Assembly: GCA_944381265.1 (NCBI GenBank)
Contig: CALWKN010000046.1
Span: 1 to 35,506, forward strand
From: an uncultured Clostridia bacterium
GTDB taxonomy: Bacteria; Bacillota; Clostridia; Christensenellales; UBA1750
DNA: 35,506 nt
Reading direction: 5' to 3'
Shown piece after piece: positions 1-7,948 of this stretch. Position numbers and translations under genes: made by a program. Under the pieces are notes generated by a model. The model saw nothing but the letters and a program-made list of their open reading frames with translations. It did no database searches and had not been told where the DNA came from. Position 1 is the stretch's first letter, and every line of letters begins with the position of its first letter.

Positions 1-43
1 TGGTGTAAAATAATCTCAAAACATCCAGTGGGAGGGAATTGCA

Positions 44-862
44 ATGAAGAGGTCCATCAAGATCACGTCCGCGCTGCTCGTGCTCGTGCTTCTGCTGGCC
101 CAGGTCGTCTGCGTCAACGCGGCGAGCAAGCCGACGGTCACGACGTCTGTTAAGCAGACGGATCACTACGAGAAGACGATCACGGCGAAGGTCGAGAGTA
201 ACAAGACCACGGTCAAGGAAATCTATATGCGTGCCTACAAGACGAAGGATACGAGCAACCCTGTGGAAAGCCAGGCAGATCATGTGACAGTCCCGGCCAA
301 CGCGCAGGTCACCATGTCCATCAAGGTGCGTCCGTCTGAGGCCAGCTGGGTTCGCGTTGTCGTGCAATACACGGATGAAACCGGTGCATCTGGCGAATAT
401 GTAAACTGGGTCGCTGTTGGCTCCAACGGCTACTACAACCCCAGCTCCAGCGGCAGCATCAACCGCTACGACTCCGACGACTACTGGGACGGCATCCGCG
501 GCGGCTCTTCCTCCAGCTCCGGCTCTTCCAGCTCTTCCTGGAGCGACGACCCCAACGAGACCAACGTCTGGGAGTACGTGCCGTCCTCCCCGTCCAAGCC
601 CTCTAAGCCCTCCAAGCCCAGCTACAACTACTGGACCGGCTACTACGAGGACCGCGTGCCCAACCTCTACGACCTGTACACCGTCAACTGCCGCACGCTG
701 AACGTGCGCGCCGGCGACGGCACGAACTACGCCGTCGTGGGCACCATCCACCGCGGCGATGTGGTGCAGGTCTACGACATCGAGAACGGCTGGGCCGTCA
801 TCCGCTACGAAGGCCGCCTGCGCTACGTCTCGGCCAACTACCTGAACTACCTCTATTGGTAA
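44..862 (+). CDS. Secreted SH3b-domain protein (signal peptide, Ser/Pro-rich linker, C-terminal bacterial SH3 domain)
   Basis: GGGAGG RBS before ATG 44; N-terminus MKRSIK followed by a hydrophobic stretch and VNA; Ser-rich and PSK-repeat linker; C-terminus YTVNCRTLNVRAGDGTNYAVVGTIHRGDVVQV..ENGWAVIRYEGRLRYVSANYL fits SH3b. Confidence 0.85.
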   Translation: MKRSIKITSALLVLVLLLAQVVCVNAASKPTVTTSVKQTDHYEKTITAKVESNKTTVKEIYMRAYKTKDTSNPVESQADHVTVPANAQVTMSIKVRPSEASWVRVVVQYTDETGASGEYVNWVAVGSNGYYNPSSSGSINRYDSDDYWDGIRGGSSSSSGSSSSSWSDDPNETNVWEYVPSSPSKPSKPSKPSYNYWTGYYEDRVPNLYDLYTVNCRTLNVRAGDGTNYAVVGTIHRGDVVQVYDIENGWAVIRYEGRLRYVSANYLNYLYW

Positions 863-880
863 ACCGCACAAACCCAAACG

Positions 881-915
881 CGAGGGACCGGTGCTGACCG
901 GTCCCTCGTTTTTTT
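881..915 (+). terminator. Rho-independent terminator of the SH3b gene
   Basis: Perfect 12-bp stem CGAGGGACCGGT/ACCGGTCCCTCG, GCTG loop, then T7. Confidence 0.9.
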
Positions 916-921
916 GCGCCA

Positions 922-1100
922 TAGGGGAGGGGAGGGCGCGCGCTTTCCCACCCGCCGGGGCCTTGCCCCACCCCTCATCCCCTACTCTGTGAGACGGGGG
1001 GCGCGCAAGCGCCCTGCGGGCCCTTGCACACCCCCCGTCTCACAGGGCCCCGCAGCCGTTTTCGCCCCGCCTTGCGGCGAAGCGAAAACGGCTACGGCGC
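922..1100. repeat. Palindrome-rich intergenic element A (REP/MITE-like or structured RNA)
   Basis: 15-bp inverted repeat 987-1001/1031-1045; 12-bp inverted repeat 1054-1065/1082-1093; first ~65 nt resemble 7501-7564. Confidence 0.6.
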
Positions 1101-1109
1101 CGCGCGTTC

Positions 1110-2378
1110 CTATTCCTCCTCGGCGAATACCGAGACGCCGTCCGGTATCAGCGCGATCTTCGGCCGCTCCGCCCTGAGCAGCGCCTTTGCCCGCGCAAGC
1201 CCCGCGGAAAGGGAGGCCACCGGCTCCATGTGCATCGCGCGCACCACGTCATCCGGCAGCTCCGAGCACAGCAGCACCCGCGCCTTTTGCAGCACGCGGA
1301 TCAGGATCTGGCTCTGCCACTGGTCCGGCTCCGTCTCCTCCGGCCGCCGCGCCCGGAAGCGCGCCAGCACCCGGCCAAGATCCGCTTCCCCCGCGATCTG
1401 GCGGTAGAAGTTCTCCCCGCCCACGCCGTCGGCGCAGCCCGCCAGCATCAGGATCACGCCGCCCGGACGCACCGCCGCCTCCGCCGCCGTCATGCCCTTG
1501 ACCGCCTGGTAGAGGTTCTGGTCCAGCGGGTAGCCGCCGTTCGTCACCACCGCGATGTCCGATGCGCAGCGCGGCACGCGGCAGTGCGCCGCCAGCATCG
1601 CGCAGCCCGCCGCGTGCGCTGCCTCCACATCCCCCGCATAGGCAAACGCCGCGCGCTTGCCCTCGCCCAGGATCACATTGACGATGAAGGCAAGGTTCGC
1701 CCGCCGCGCCGCCCACAGCATGTCCCGGTGGATCGGGTTGCCCGCAAGCACCCCCGTGCGCGCGCGCGGATCGTCGATGAAGGCGGCGCAGTGGTTGGCA
1801 AGCACGGTCTTGCGCCCGCAGATGCCCGGCAAAACGCTCTTTCGCCCGCCGGAAAACCCGGCGAAGAAGTGCGGCTCGATGAACCCCTCCGCAACCAAAA
1901 GATCCGCCTCCGCCGCCAGGCGGTTGACGAGGAACGCCCCGCCCGAGGGCAGCGTCCCAAGGTCAACGAGGTTCGCTTCGTCGTCGCAGTCGTGGACCAC
2001 CACCTTCTCCCGGTCGTAGATCGCCCCCAGCTTTTCGCGCAGCTCACCTTCCGTCGAGGCGCGGTGGCAGCCCGTGGCCACCAGCAGCGTGACCTCCGCC
2101 CCCGGATTGCCGCGGCGGATCTCCTCCAGCATCGGCGGCAGGATCGCCCGGCTCGGCACCGGCCGCGTGTGGTCGCTGACGATCACAACGACGTTGCGCT
2201 TGCCGCGCGCAAGCTCCGAAAGCCGCGGCGCGCCCAGCGGCTCTGCCAGCGCCCGCCGCACCAGGGCCTCCGCCGGGGCGTCCACCTCCGGCAGGCGCGC
2301 GTCCAGCACGCCGACTACGTCCTCCTCGGAAAAATCGGCCAGTATCTCCCCCCGGCCGTAGGGAAAGCGCAGTGCCAT
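1110..2378 (-). CDS. larA: Nickel-pincer-dependent lactate racemase family protein
   Basis: ATG 2378 with GGAGGA RBS; motifs SDHTRP, ATGCHR, IEPHFFAGFSGGRKS, ANH, GYPLDQNLYQAVKG, IPDGVSV match LarA. Confidence 0.9.
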   Translation of the reverse strand: MALRFPYGRGEILADFSEEDVVGVLDARLPEVDAPAEALVRRALAEPLGAPRLSELARGKRNVVVIVSDHTRPVPSRAILPPMLEEIRRGNPGAEVTLLVATGCHRASTEGELREKLGAIYDREKVVVHDCDDEANLVDLGTLPSGGAFLVNRLAAEADLLVAEGFIEPHFFAGFSGGRKSVLPGICGRKTVLANHCAAFIDDPRARTGVLAGNPIHRDMLWAARRANLAFIVNVILGEGKRAAFAYAGDVEAAHAAGCAMLAAHCRVPRCASDIAVVTNGGYPLDQNLYQAVKGMTAAEAAVRPGGVILMLAGCADGVGGENFYRQIAGEADLGRVLARFRARRPEETEPDQWQSQILIRVLQKARVLLCSELPDDVVRAMHMEPVASLSAGLARAKALLRAERPKIALIPDGVSVFAEEE

Positions 2379-2389
2379 GTTCTTTCCTC

Positions 2390-3721
2390 CTATTTTTTGT
2401 CCTCGGGCGCGGAAAATTCGCCCCCGTCCACCGATGTGCGCGTCGCGCCGTTGGTGTGGATGTTGATGTAGCGCGCCTTGAGCTTGGAGTAGAGGATCTT
2501 CTGGCTCGAGTACAGCCCCGAATAGCCGGAGAAGATGTAGCTCACCCCGCAGGCCAGTGCAAAGTACAGCACCCCCTGCCCGCCGAACATCTCGATGGAC
2601 AGGAAGATCGAGGCCAGCGGGCAGTTCGTCGCGCCGCAGAACACCGCCGCCAGACCCAGCGCCGCCGCGAACTCCGCCGGCAGCCCCAGCAGCGGCCCCA
2701 CCGCGCAGCCGAACGTGGCGCCGATGAAGAACGAGGGCACCACCTCGCCCCCCTTGAACCCCGCGCTCAGCGTCAGCACCGTAAAGAGCATCTTCCATAG
2801 GAACGCGAAATCCGGCGCCTCGCCCTCTTCCACCGCCAGCGTGATCGCCGCCATCCCCGCGCCGTTGTAGTACTGCGAGCGGAAGAGCAGCGTCAGCGCC
2901 AGTACCAGCGCGCCGCCCGCCGCCGCGCGCGCGTAAGGGTTCTTTAGCAGGCGCTGCATCGTCCGCTCGAAAAAGTGCAGGCTGTGGCAGAAGAGACTGG
3001 CGACCAGCCCGCACAGCGCCGCCAGGGCCGAAACCTGCAAAAGCGTCAGCGCCGCAAGCTCCGGCGCCGCAACGGCAAAGCGCGTCGGCTCTACGCCCAG
3101 CAGCAGCGATACGCCAAACGACACCAGCGACGCCACCAGACAGGGCAGGAAGTCCGCGTGGTAGAAGAGCCCCACGCTCACCACCATCATCGCAAACACC
3201 GTCGCCGCCAGCGGCGTGCCGAACAGCGCCGTGAAAAACGCCGCCATGCCCGTCATCGTCGCCGTGCGCCTGTCGCGGTCGTCCAGGCGGAACAGGCGCC
3301 CCACCTGGTAGCCCACCGTGCCGCCCATCTGCAGCGCCGCGCCCTCGCGCCCGGCCGAGCCGCCGAACAGGTGCGTAAGGCCCGTGGCCAGGAAGATCGC
3401 CGGGAACAGCGCCGGCGGCAGCCCCCGCCCCAGGTGGATCTCGTCCAGCACGTCGTTCGTGCCCACGCCCTCCACCGAGAGCCGGCGGTAGAGAAACACC
3501 ACCAGGAGCCCCGCCAGCGGCAGCAGCAGCACGAGGAACCCGTTTTCCGTCCGCAGCTCCGTCGCGATCTCCACCATGTGGTGGAACAAAGACCCCAGCG
3601 CCCCGCAGAGCGCGCCCGTCGTCCCCGCCAGCAGCAGCCACTTGCCAAGGGAGCGCGCGTACGTTGCCGCCGCCGCCCCCGCAGAACGCGCCGCGTATCT
3701 TGCCTTGTCCTGGATCCCCAT
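2390..3721 (-). CDS. CLC-family anion channel/antiporter, short form without CBS domains, CLC-F-like signatures
   Basis: Many hydrophobic helices; GGSAGREGAA, FGTPLA, GFKGGEVVP, GATNCPLAS motifs; ATG 3721 preceded by GGAGGAAGG. Confidence 0.88.
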   Translation of the reverse strand: MGIQDKARYAARSAGAAAATYARSLGKWLLLAGTTGALCGALGSLFHHMVEIATELRTENGFLVLLLPLAGLLVVFLYRRLSVEGVGTNDVLDEIHLGRGLPPALFPAIFLATGLTHLFGGSAGREGAALQMGGTVGYQVGRLFRLDDRDRRTATMTGMAAFFTALFGTPLAATVFAMMVVSVGLFYHADFLPCLVASLVSFGVSLLLGVEPTRFAVAAPELAALTLLQVSALAALCGLVASLFCHSLHFFERTMQRLLKNPYARAAAGGALVLALTLLFRSQYYNGAGMAAITLAVEEGEAPDFAFLWKMLFTVLTLSAGFKGGEVVPSFFIGATFGCAVGPLLGLPAEFAAALGLAAVFCGATNCPLASIFLSIEMFGGQGVLYFALACGVSYIFSGYSGLYSSQKILYSKLKARYINIHTNGATRTSVDGGEFSAPEDKK

Positions 3722-3756
3722 CTGTCCTTCCTCCATATGTCCCGCTTTTCCCTCCC

Positions 3757-3785
3757 ATTATACGGGATGCGCCGCGCTTTTGCAA
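3757..3785 (-). promoter_or_regulatory. Sigma-A-type promoter for the CLC-larA operon
   Basis: TTGCAA-17 nt-TATAAT on the - strand. Confidence 0.75.
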
Positions 3786-3797
3786 TGCGCGAAGGTC

Positions 3798-3827
3798 TTG
3801 CCAGCCCCCGCCCGCCCGTGCTACACT
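3798..3827 (+). promoter_or_regulatory. Sigma-A-type promoter for the glycoside hydrolase gene
   Basis: TTGCCA-18 nt-TACACT with a TG extended -10. Confidence 0.55.
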
Positions 3828-3865
3828 TATGGCAAAGACAAATATGAAACGGGGGACACTCAGCC

Positions 3866-5920
3866 ATGAACAACACAACGCCCTGGTGGAAGCGCCCTTT
3901 GCGCGTCATACAGACCAACCTGCAGGTGCTGGACACCCCGCGCATGGACGAAGCGCGCATCGCCGCCCAGATCGAGGACCTGGGCGCCAACGTCCTTGTG
4001 GTCAACGTCGGCGGCATCTACGCCTGGTACCCCACGAGCGTGCCCTTCCACACCGTGAACCCCTGCCTGCCCAAGGACCGCGACCTGCTGCAGACGCTCC
4101 TTTCCGCCTGCCACGCGCGCGGCATCCGCGTCGTTGCCCGCTTCGACTTTTCCAAGACCAGCGACCGCGCCTACCAGAGCCGCCCGCGCTGGTTCGCCCG
4201 CAGCGCCGACGGCGCGCCGCAGGTGGTGGGCGCGCTGCGCCCCGGCAACTGGGACCTGCTCTACACCACCTGCATCAACTCCGGCTACCGCAACGCCGAC
4301 GTCGCCGCGCCCGTGCTGCGCGAGGCCCTCTCCCGCTACGACCTGGACGGCGTGTTCTTCAACGCCCCGCACGCGCCGAATTGCCACTGTGAGACCTGTA
4401 AGGAGAAGTACCTCGCCCTCTACGGCGAGCCGCTGCCGGAAAGCGAGAAGGACTGGGACCCCGGCTGGAAGAGCCGCTGCCTCTACGACAACATCGCCTT
4501 CCTGCGAAAGGCCATACGTCAAACGCGCGACGTGCCGGTGATCCTCTACTACGGCATCGCCTCGGACAACCTCTACGAGCGCCTGGCCACCTGCGACATG
4601 ATCTGCGCCGAGCCGCAGGACGTGCTGTCCCTCGGCTGGAAGGAGATCCCCCAGAGCTTTAAGCCGGCGCTGTGCATCCGCCTTGGCCGTTCCGAGCCCA
4701 GCGCCCGGCCCCCCTTTGGCATCATCCACTCCTGCCCCGGCATGGACTGGCGCCACGTCGGCCTGCCCCCGGCCGAGTACCTCTACTGGATGAGCCAGGT
4801 CCCGGCAAACGGCGGCTACATCTGGCACTCCATCACCGGCATCCCCGACACCATCGGCGACAAGCGCATACTTGAGTGCGTAAAGACCATCAACACTGAG
4901 ATCCGCACCGTGGAAGGGGCCATGGACGGCGCCCGTTCCCGCGCCAAGCTCGCCCTGCTCTGGGACATGCACGCCGACGACCTGTCCAAGGCCTTCGGCG
5001 GCCAGATGAGCGCCCCGGCAAACGGCTGGGCCGAGGCGCTGCTCTCGACGCAAATCCCCTTTGACATGCTGCTGCCCGAGCAGGTGCTCTCCGGCCGCCT
5101 GTCGCGCTACCGCGCCCTGATCCTGCCCACCGTCCCCAGGGACGAGGCGCTGCTCGCCGCCCTGGAGGACTTCGTAGAAGGCGGCGGCCGCCTCATCGCC
5201 GAGTGCCTGCAGCCCCTGCCGGAGCGCCTGGCCAGGCTCCTGGGCCTGTCATGCGGCGGCCAGATGAGCGAGTACCTGCGCGCCAGCTACCTGCGATTTG
5301 AGCCGGGCGCCGAGTTCCTGCGCAAGGGCCTTGGGGAGACGCCGCTGCTGCCGCACCGCGGCCCCACGCTCTACACCGACGCCGTGGACGCCCAGGTCCT
5401 CTGCACGCTGGTGCCGCCCTTTGCCCCCATGGAGGCCGTGGGCGCGCCGCCGGAGCGCGCCAGCCTGCCCGTGGAAAAGACCGACATCCCCCTTCTTACG
5501 CTGCGGCGGGCGGGGGAGGGATGCGCCGCCGCCGTGCTCTTCCCGCTCTCCGCGCTGCTGTCGGAGCTGAAACTGCGCGACCACGAGCTGCTCGTGCGCA
5601 ACCTTGCCTCCGAGCTGCTGGGCCCGGCGCTGGACGTGCGCCTGGAGCCCTCCGTGCGCGGCCTGCAGCTGATGGACTACGAGGCAAAGGACGGCAGCCG
5701 CCTCCTGCACATCGTAAACGGCATCGGCCAAAGGCCCTTGAGCGACAACCTGCCCCTGCGCGTCGAGCTGTCCCTGCGCTGGCAGGGCGAGGCCCCGCAG
5801 GTGGAGAGCCTGCTGTGCGGCGCGCCGGAAGTAAAAACACTCGGGGAGGAGCTGCGCATATGCACCGCCCCCGTCGCCACCTGGGAGGTCCTGCGCCTCC
5901 TTCCGCGGGAAAAACCCTGA
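3866..5920 (+). CDS. Putative glycoside hydrolase (GHL6-like TIM barrel plus GH42-like trimerisation domain)
   Basis: WWKRPLRVIQTNL, NVGGIYAWYPT, HARGIRVVARFDFSK, YDLDGVFFN, CHCETC, and a later IPFD..LSRYRALILP..FVEGGGRLIA segment; strong GC3 bias. Confidence 0.75.
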   Translation: MNNTTPWWKRPLRVIQTNLQVLDTPRMDEARIAAQIEDLGANVLVVNVGGIYAWYPTSVPFHTVNPCLPKDRDLLQTLLSACHARGIRVVARFDFSKTSDRAYQSRPRWFARSADGAPQVVGALRPGNWDLLYTTCINSGYRNADVAAPVLREALSRYDLDGVFFNAPHAPNCHCETCKEKYLALYGEPLPESEKDWDPGWKSRCLYDNIAFLRKAIRQTRDVPVILYYGIASDNLYERLATCDMICAEPQDVLSLGWKEIPQSFKPALCIRLGRSEPSARPPFGIIHSCPGMDWRHVGLPPAEYLYWMSQVPANGGYIWHSITGIPDTIGDKRILECVKTINTEIRTVEGAMDGARSRAKLALLWDMHADDLSKAFGGQMSAPANGWAEALLSTQIPFDMLLPEQVLSGRLSRYRALILPTVPRDEALLAALEDFVEGGGRLIAECLQPLPERLARLLGLSCGGQMSEYLRASYLRFEPGAEFLRKGLGETPLLPHRGPTLYTDAVDAQVLCTLVPPFAPMEAVGAPPERASLPVEKTDIPLLTLRRAGEGCAAAVLFPLSALLSELKLRDHELLVRNLASELLGPALDVRLEPSVRGLQLMDYEAKDGSRLLHIVNGIGQRPLSDNLPLRVELSLRWQGEAPQVESLLCGAPEVKTLGEELRICTAPVATWEVLRLLPREKP

Positions 5921-5948
5921 TTTTCCCGCCCAAACGCGCTTTCCGCCC

Positions 5949-5977
5949 TTGCAATCCGCGTGAAGATGATGTAAAAT
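5949..5977 (+). promoter_or_regulatory. Sigma-A-type promoter for ppk2
   Basis: TTGCAA-17 nt-TAAAAT. Confidence 0.65.
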
Positions 5978-6033
5978 AATCGTTAAAGAAAGTGGCCGAA
6001 ATCGTCACTTGGATTAAGGGAGGTCGAAGCAAC

Positions 6034-7503
6034 GTGTTGAAGGACTGGACCTTTGGCGTGGATTGGCGGACGACGGAGGAGTGCAAGAAGCTGCTCAAGA
6101 AGCGCAGAGAAGACCTGGCGGGCCTGCAGCAGCGCATCAAGGAGGCAAAGCTGCCGGTGATCGTGCTGCTGGAGGGCTGGGGCGCGGCCGGCAAGGGCAG
6201 CACGATCCACTCGCTGATCCGCGAGCTGGACCCGCGCTTCTTCCGCGTGCTCAGCGTCAGCATGCCCACCGCGGAGGAGAAGCGCTGGCCCTTCCTCAAG
6301 CGCCACTTCCAGAGCATACCGGAGCAGGGCAAGATCCTGTTCCTGGACTCCGGCTGGATGGACGAGACGGTGCGCGAGCGCCTGCGCGGCGACCTCTCGG
6401 ACGCCGAGTACAACAGGCGGGTGGAGAGCGTGCGCGTCTTTGAGCGGCAGCTGGCGGCAGGCGGGTACCTTCTGGTCAAGCTCTTTCTGCACATCAGCGC
6501 CGAGAGCCAGGCCGAGCGCCTGAGCGCCCTTGGCAAGGACAAGGACACCGCCTGGCGCGTGGGCGAGAACGACTGGCGCCAGAACAAGAACTACACCCGC
6601 ACTTTGGAGGCCTTTGACGACTTCATGACCGCCACCAGCGAGCCCTACGCCCCCTGGAAGGTCATCGACGGCACCTTGGCCGCCCAGGCGCAGCTGGAGA
6701 GCGCCGACTGGCTCTACACGCGCATCTGCGCCGCGCTGGAGACAAAGCCCACGGCCGTGATCCCGAAGACCGAGTGGCCGCTCCTTCCCACCATGCCCCT
6801 TGCCGACGTGCCGCTGGACAAGACCATGGACGAGGAGGAGTACCAGCGCAAGCTCAAGAAGTACCGCAAGCGCCTGGCCGAGCTGCACAACGAGCTCTAC
6901 CGCAAGCAGGTGCCCGTGGTCATCGCCTACGAGGGCTGGGACGCCGCCGGCAAGGGCGGCAACATCAAGCGCCTGGCCTCGGCCCTGGACCCGCGCGGCT
7001 ACGAGGTGCTGCCCATCGCCAGCCCCACGCCCGACGAACTGCACCGCCAGTACCTGTGGCGCTTCTGGACGCGCCTGCCCAAGACCGGCCACATCGCCAT
7101 ATTCGACCGCAGCTGGTACGGCCGCGTGATGGTCGAGCGCCTGGAGGGCTTCTGCACCGAGGACGACTGGAAGCGCGCCTACGACGAGATCAACGAGTTC
7201 GAGCGCGAGCTCACCGACGCCGGCATGGTCGTGCTCAAGTTTTGGGTGCAGATCGACAAGGACACGCAGCTGGCCCGCTTCACCGAGCGCCAGAACACGC
7301 CGGAAAAGCAGTGGAAGATCACCGACGAGGACTGGCGCAACCGCGAAAAGTGGGACCTGTACGAGGCCGCCATCGACGAAATGCTGGTCAAGACCAACAC
7401 CCAGTACGCGCCCTGGCACGTGCTGGAGTCCGTCGACAAGCACTACGCCCGCATCAAGGCCATGCGCCTGGTCATCCAGGCCATCGAAAAGGCCCTGAAA
7501 TAG
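6034..7503 (+). CDS. ppk2: Two-domain polyphosphate kinase 2 (polyphosphate:AMP phosphotransferase type)
   Basis: Two PPK2 domains: EGWGAAGKG and EGWDAAGKGGNI, LDPRG, FDRSWYGRVMVER, WKITDEDWRNREKW; GTG 6034 after AAGGGAGGT RBS. Confidence 0.92.
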   Translation: MLKDWTFGVDWRTTEECKKLLKKRREDLAGLQQRIKEAKLPVIVLLEGWGAAGKGSTIHSLIRELDPRFFRVLSVSMPTAEEKRWPFLKRHFQSIPEQGKILFLDSGWMDETVRERLRGDLSDAEYNRRVESVRVFERQLAAGGYLLVKLFLHISAESQAERLSALGKDKDTAWRVGENDWRQNKNYTRTLEAFDDFMTATSEPYAPWKVIDGTLAAQAQLESADWLYTRICAALETKPTAVIPKTEWPLLPTMPLADVPLDKTMDEEEYQRKLKKYRKRLAELHNELYRKQVPVVIAYEGWDAAGKGGNIKRLASALDPRGYEVLPIASPTPDELHRQYLWRFWTRLPKTGHIAIFDRSWYGRVMVERLEGFCTEDDWKRAYDEINEFERELTDAGMVVLKFWVQIDKDTQLARFTERQNTPEKQWKITDEDWRNREKWDLYEAAIDEMLVKTNTQYAPWHVLESVDKHYARIKAMRLVIQAIEKALK

Positions 7504-7948
7504 GGGAGAGGCACATCTCCCTCCCGCCCCCCGGGGTCACGCCCCACCCCCATGCCCTCGACTCCTTGCCGCAGGTTGTTCTATGAAGGGGCAACTGCGC
7601 CCTCGTGCGCGTAAACGCGCCCGAGGGTTCCGGCCTGCGGTGCCCCTTCGGGGCGTCCTCGGCCTCCAGGTTCGCTTCGCTCACCCTTGGCAGCCCCTTC
7701 ATCTTCAATCCGCAGCGGCGGCGTGTACGCCGCGAGGAGGCGGGCCGAAGGCCCGCTTTCCTTTATCCGCCCCCGGCCGCACCCGAAGGGCGCAGGGGGC
7801 GGATGTCACTCGAAAAAATGCAGACTTGCATTTTTTCGAAGCGTGTCGACGCACGTCGACACGCGAAACGCGAAGGGAACGGTTCCTTGCGGAACCGCCC
7901 CCTTCGCGTTTTTGGCGGCCGGGGCGCTTGTCTCTAAGGCCCTGAGCC
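7501..7948. repeat. Palindrome-rich intergenic element B, about ten stem-loops (MITE/REP-like element or structured ncRNA)
   Basis: Stems 7583-7592/7693-7702 (enclosing three hairpins), 7718-7733, 7740-7756, 7765-7774/7795-7804, 7810-7839, 7841-7864, 7866-7877/7900-7911. Confidence 0.7.

Noticed and set aside
590-622. 9-bp tandem repeat as a contingency locus
   Set aside because: In-frame degenerate PSK linker repeats with synonymous differences; ordinary low-complexity linker
3722-3865. Fluoride riboswitch upstream of the CLC gene
   Set aside because: The predicted 5' UTR is only about 30 nt and I see no riboswitch-like consensus
1110-3878. 922-aa track ORF as a large LarA fusion
   Set aside because: The upstream part is an off-frame reading of the CLC gene; larA has its own RBS and ATG at 2378
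7583-7702. Cloverleaf-like fold as a tRNA
   Set aside because: About 120 nt with overlong arms, no 7-nt anticodon loop, no proper T-loop context and no CCA end
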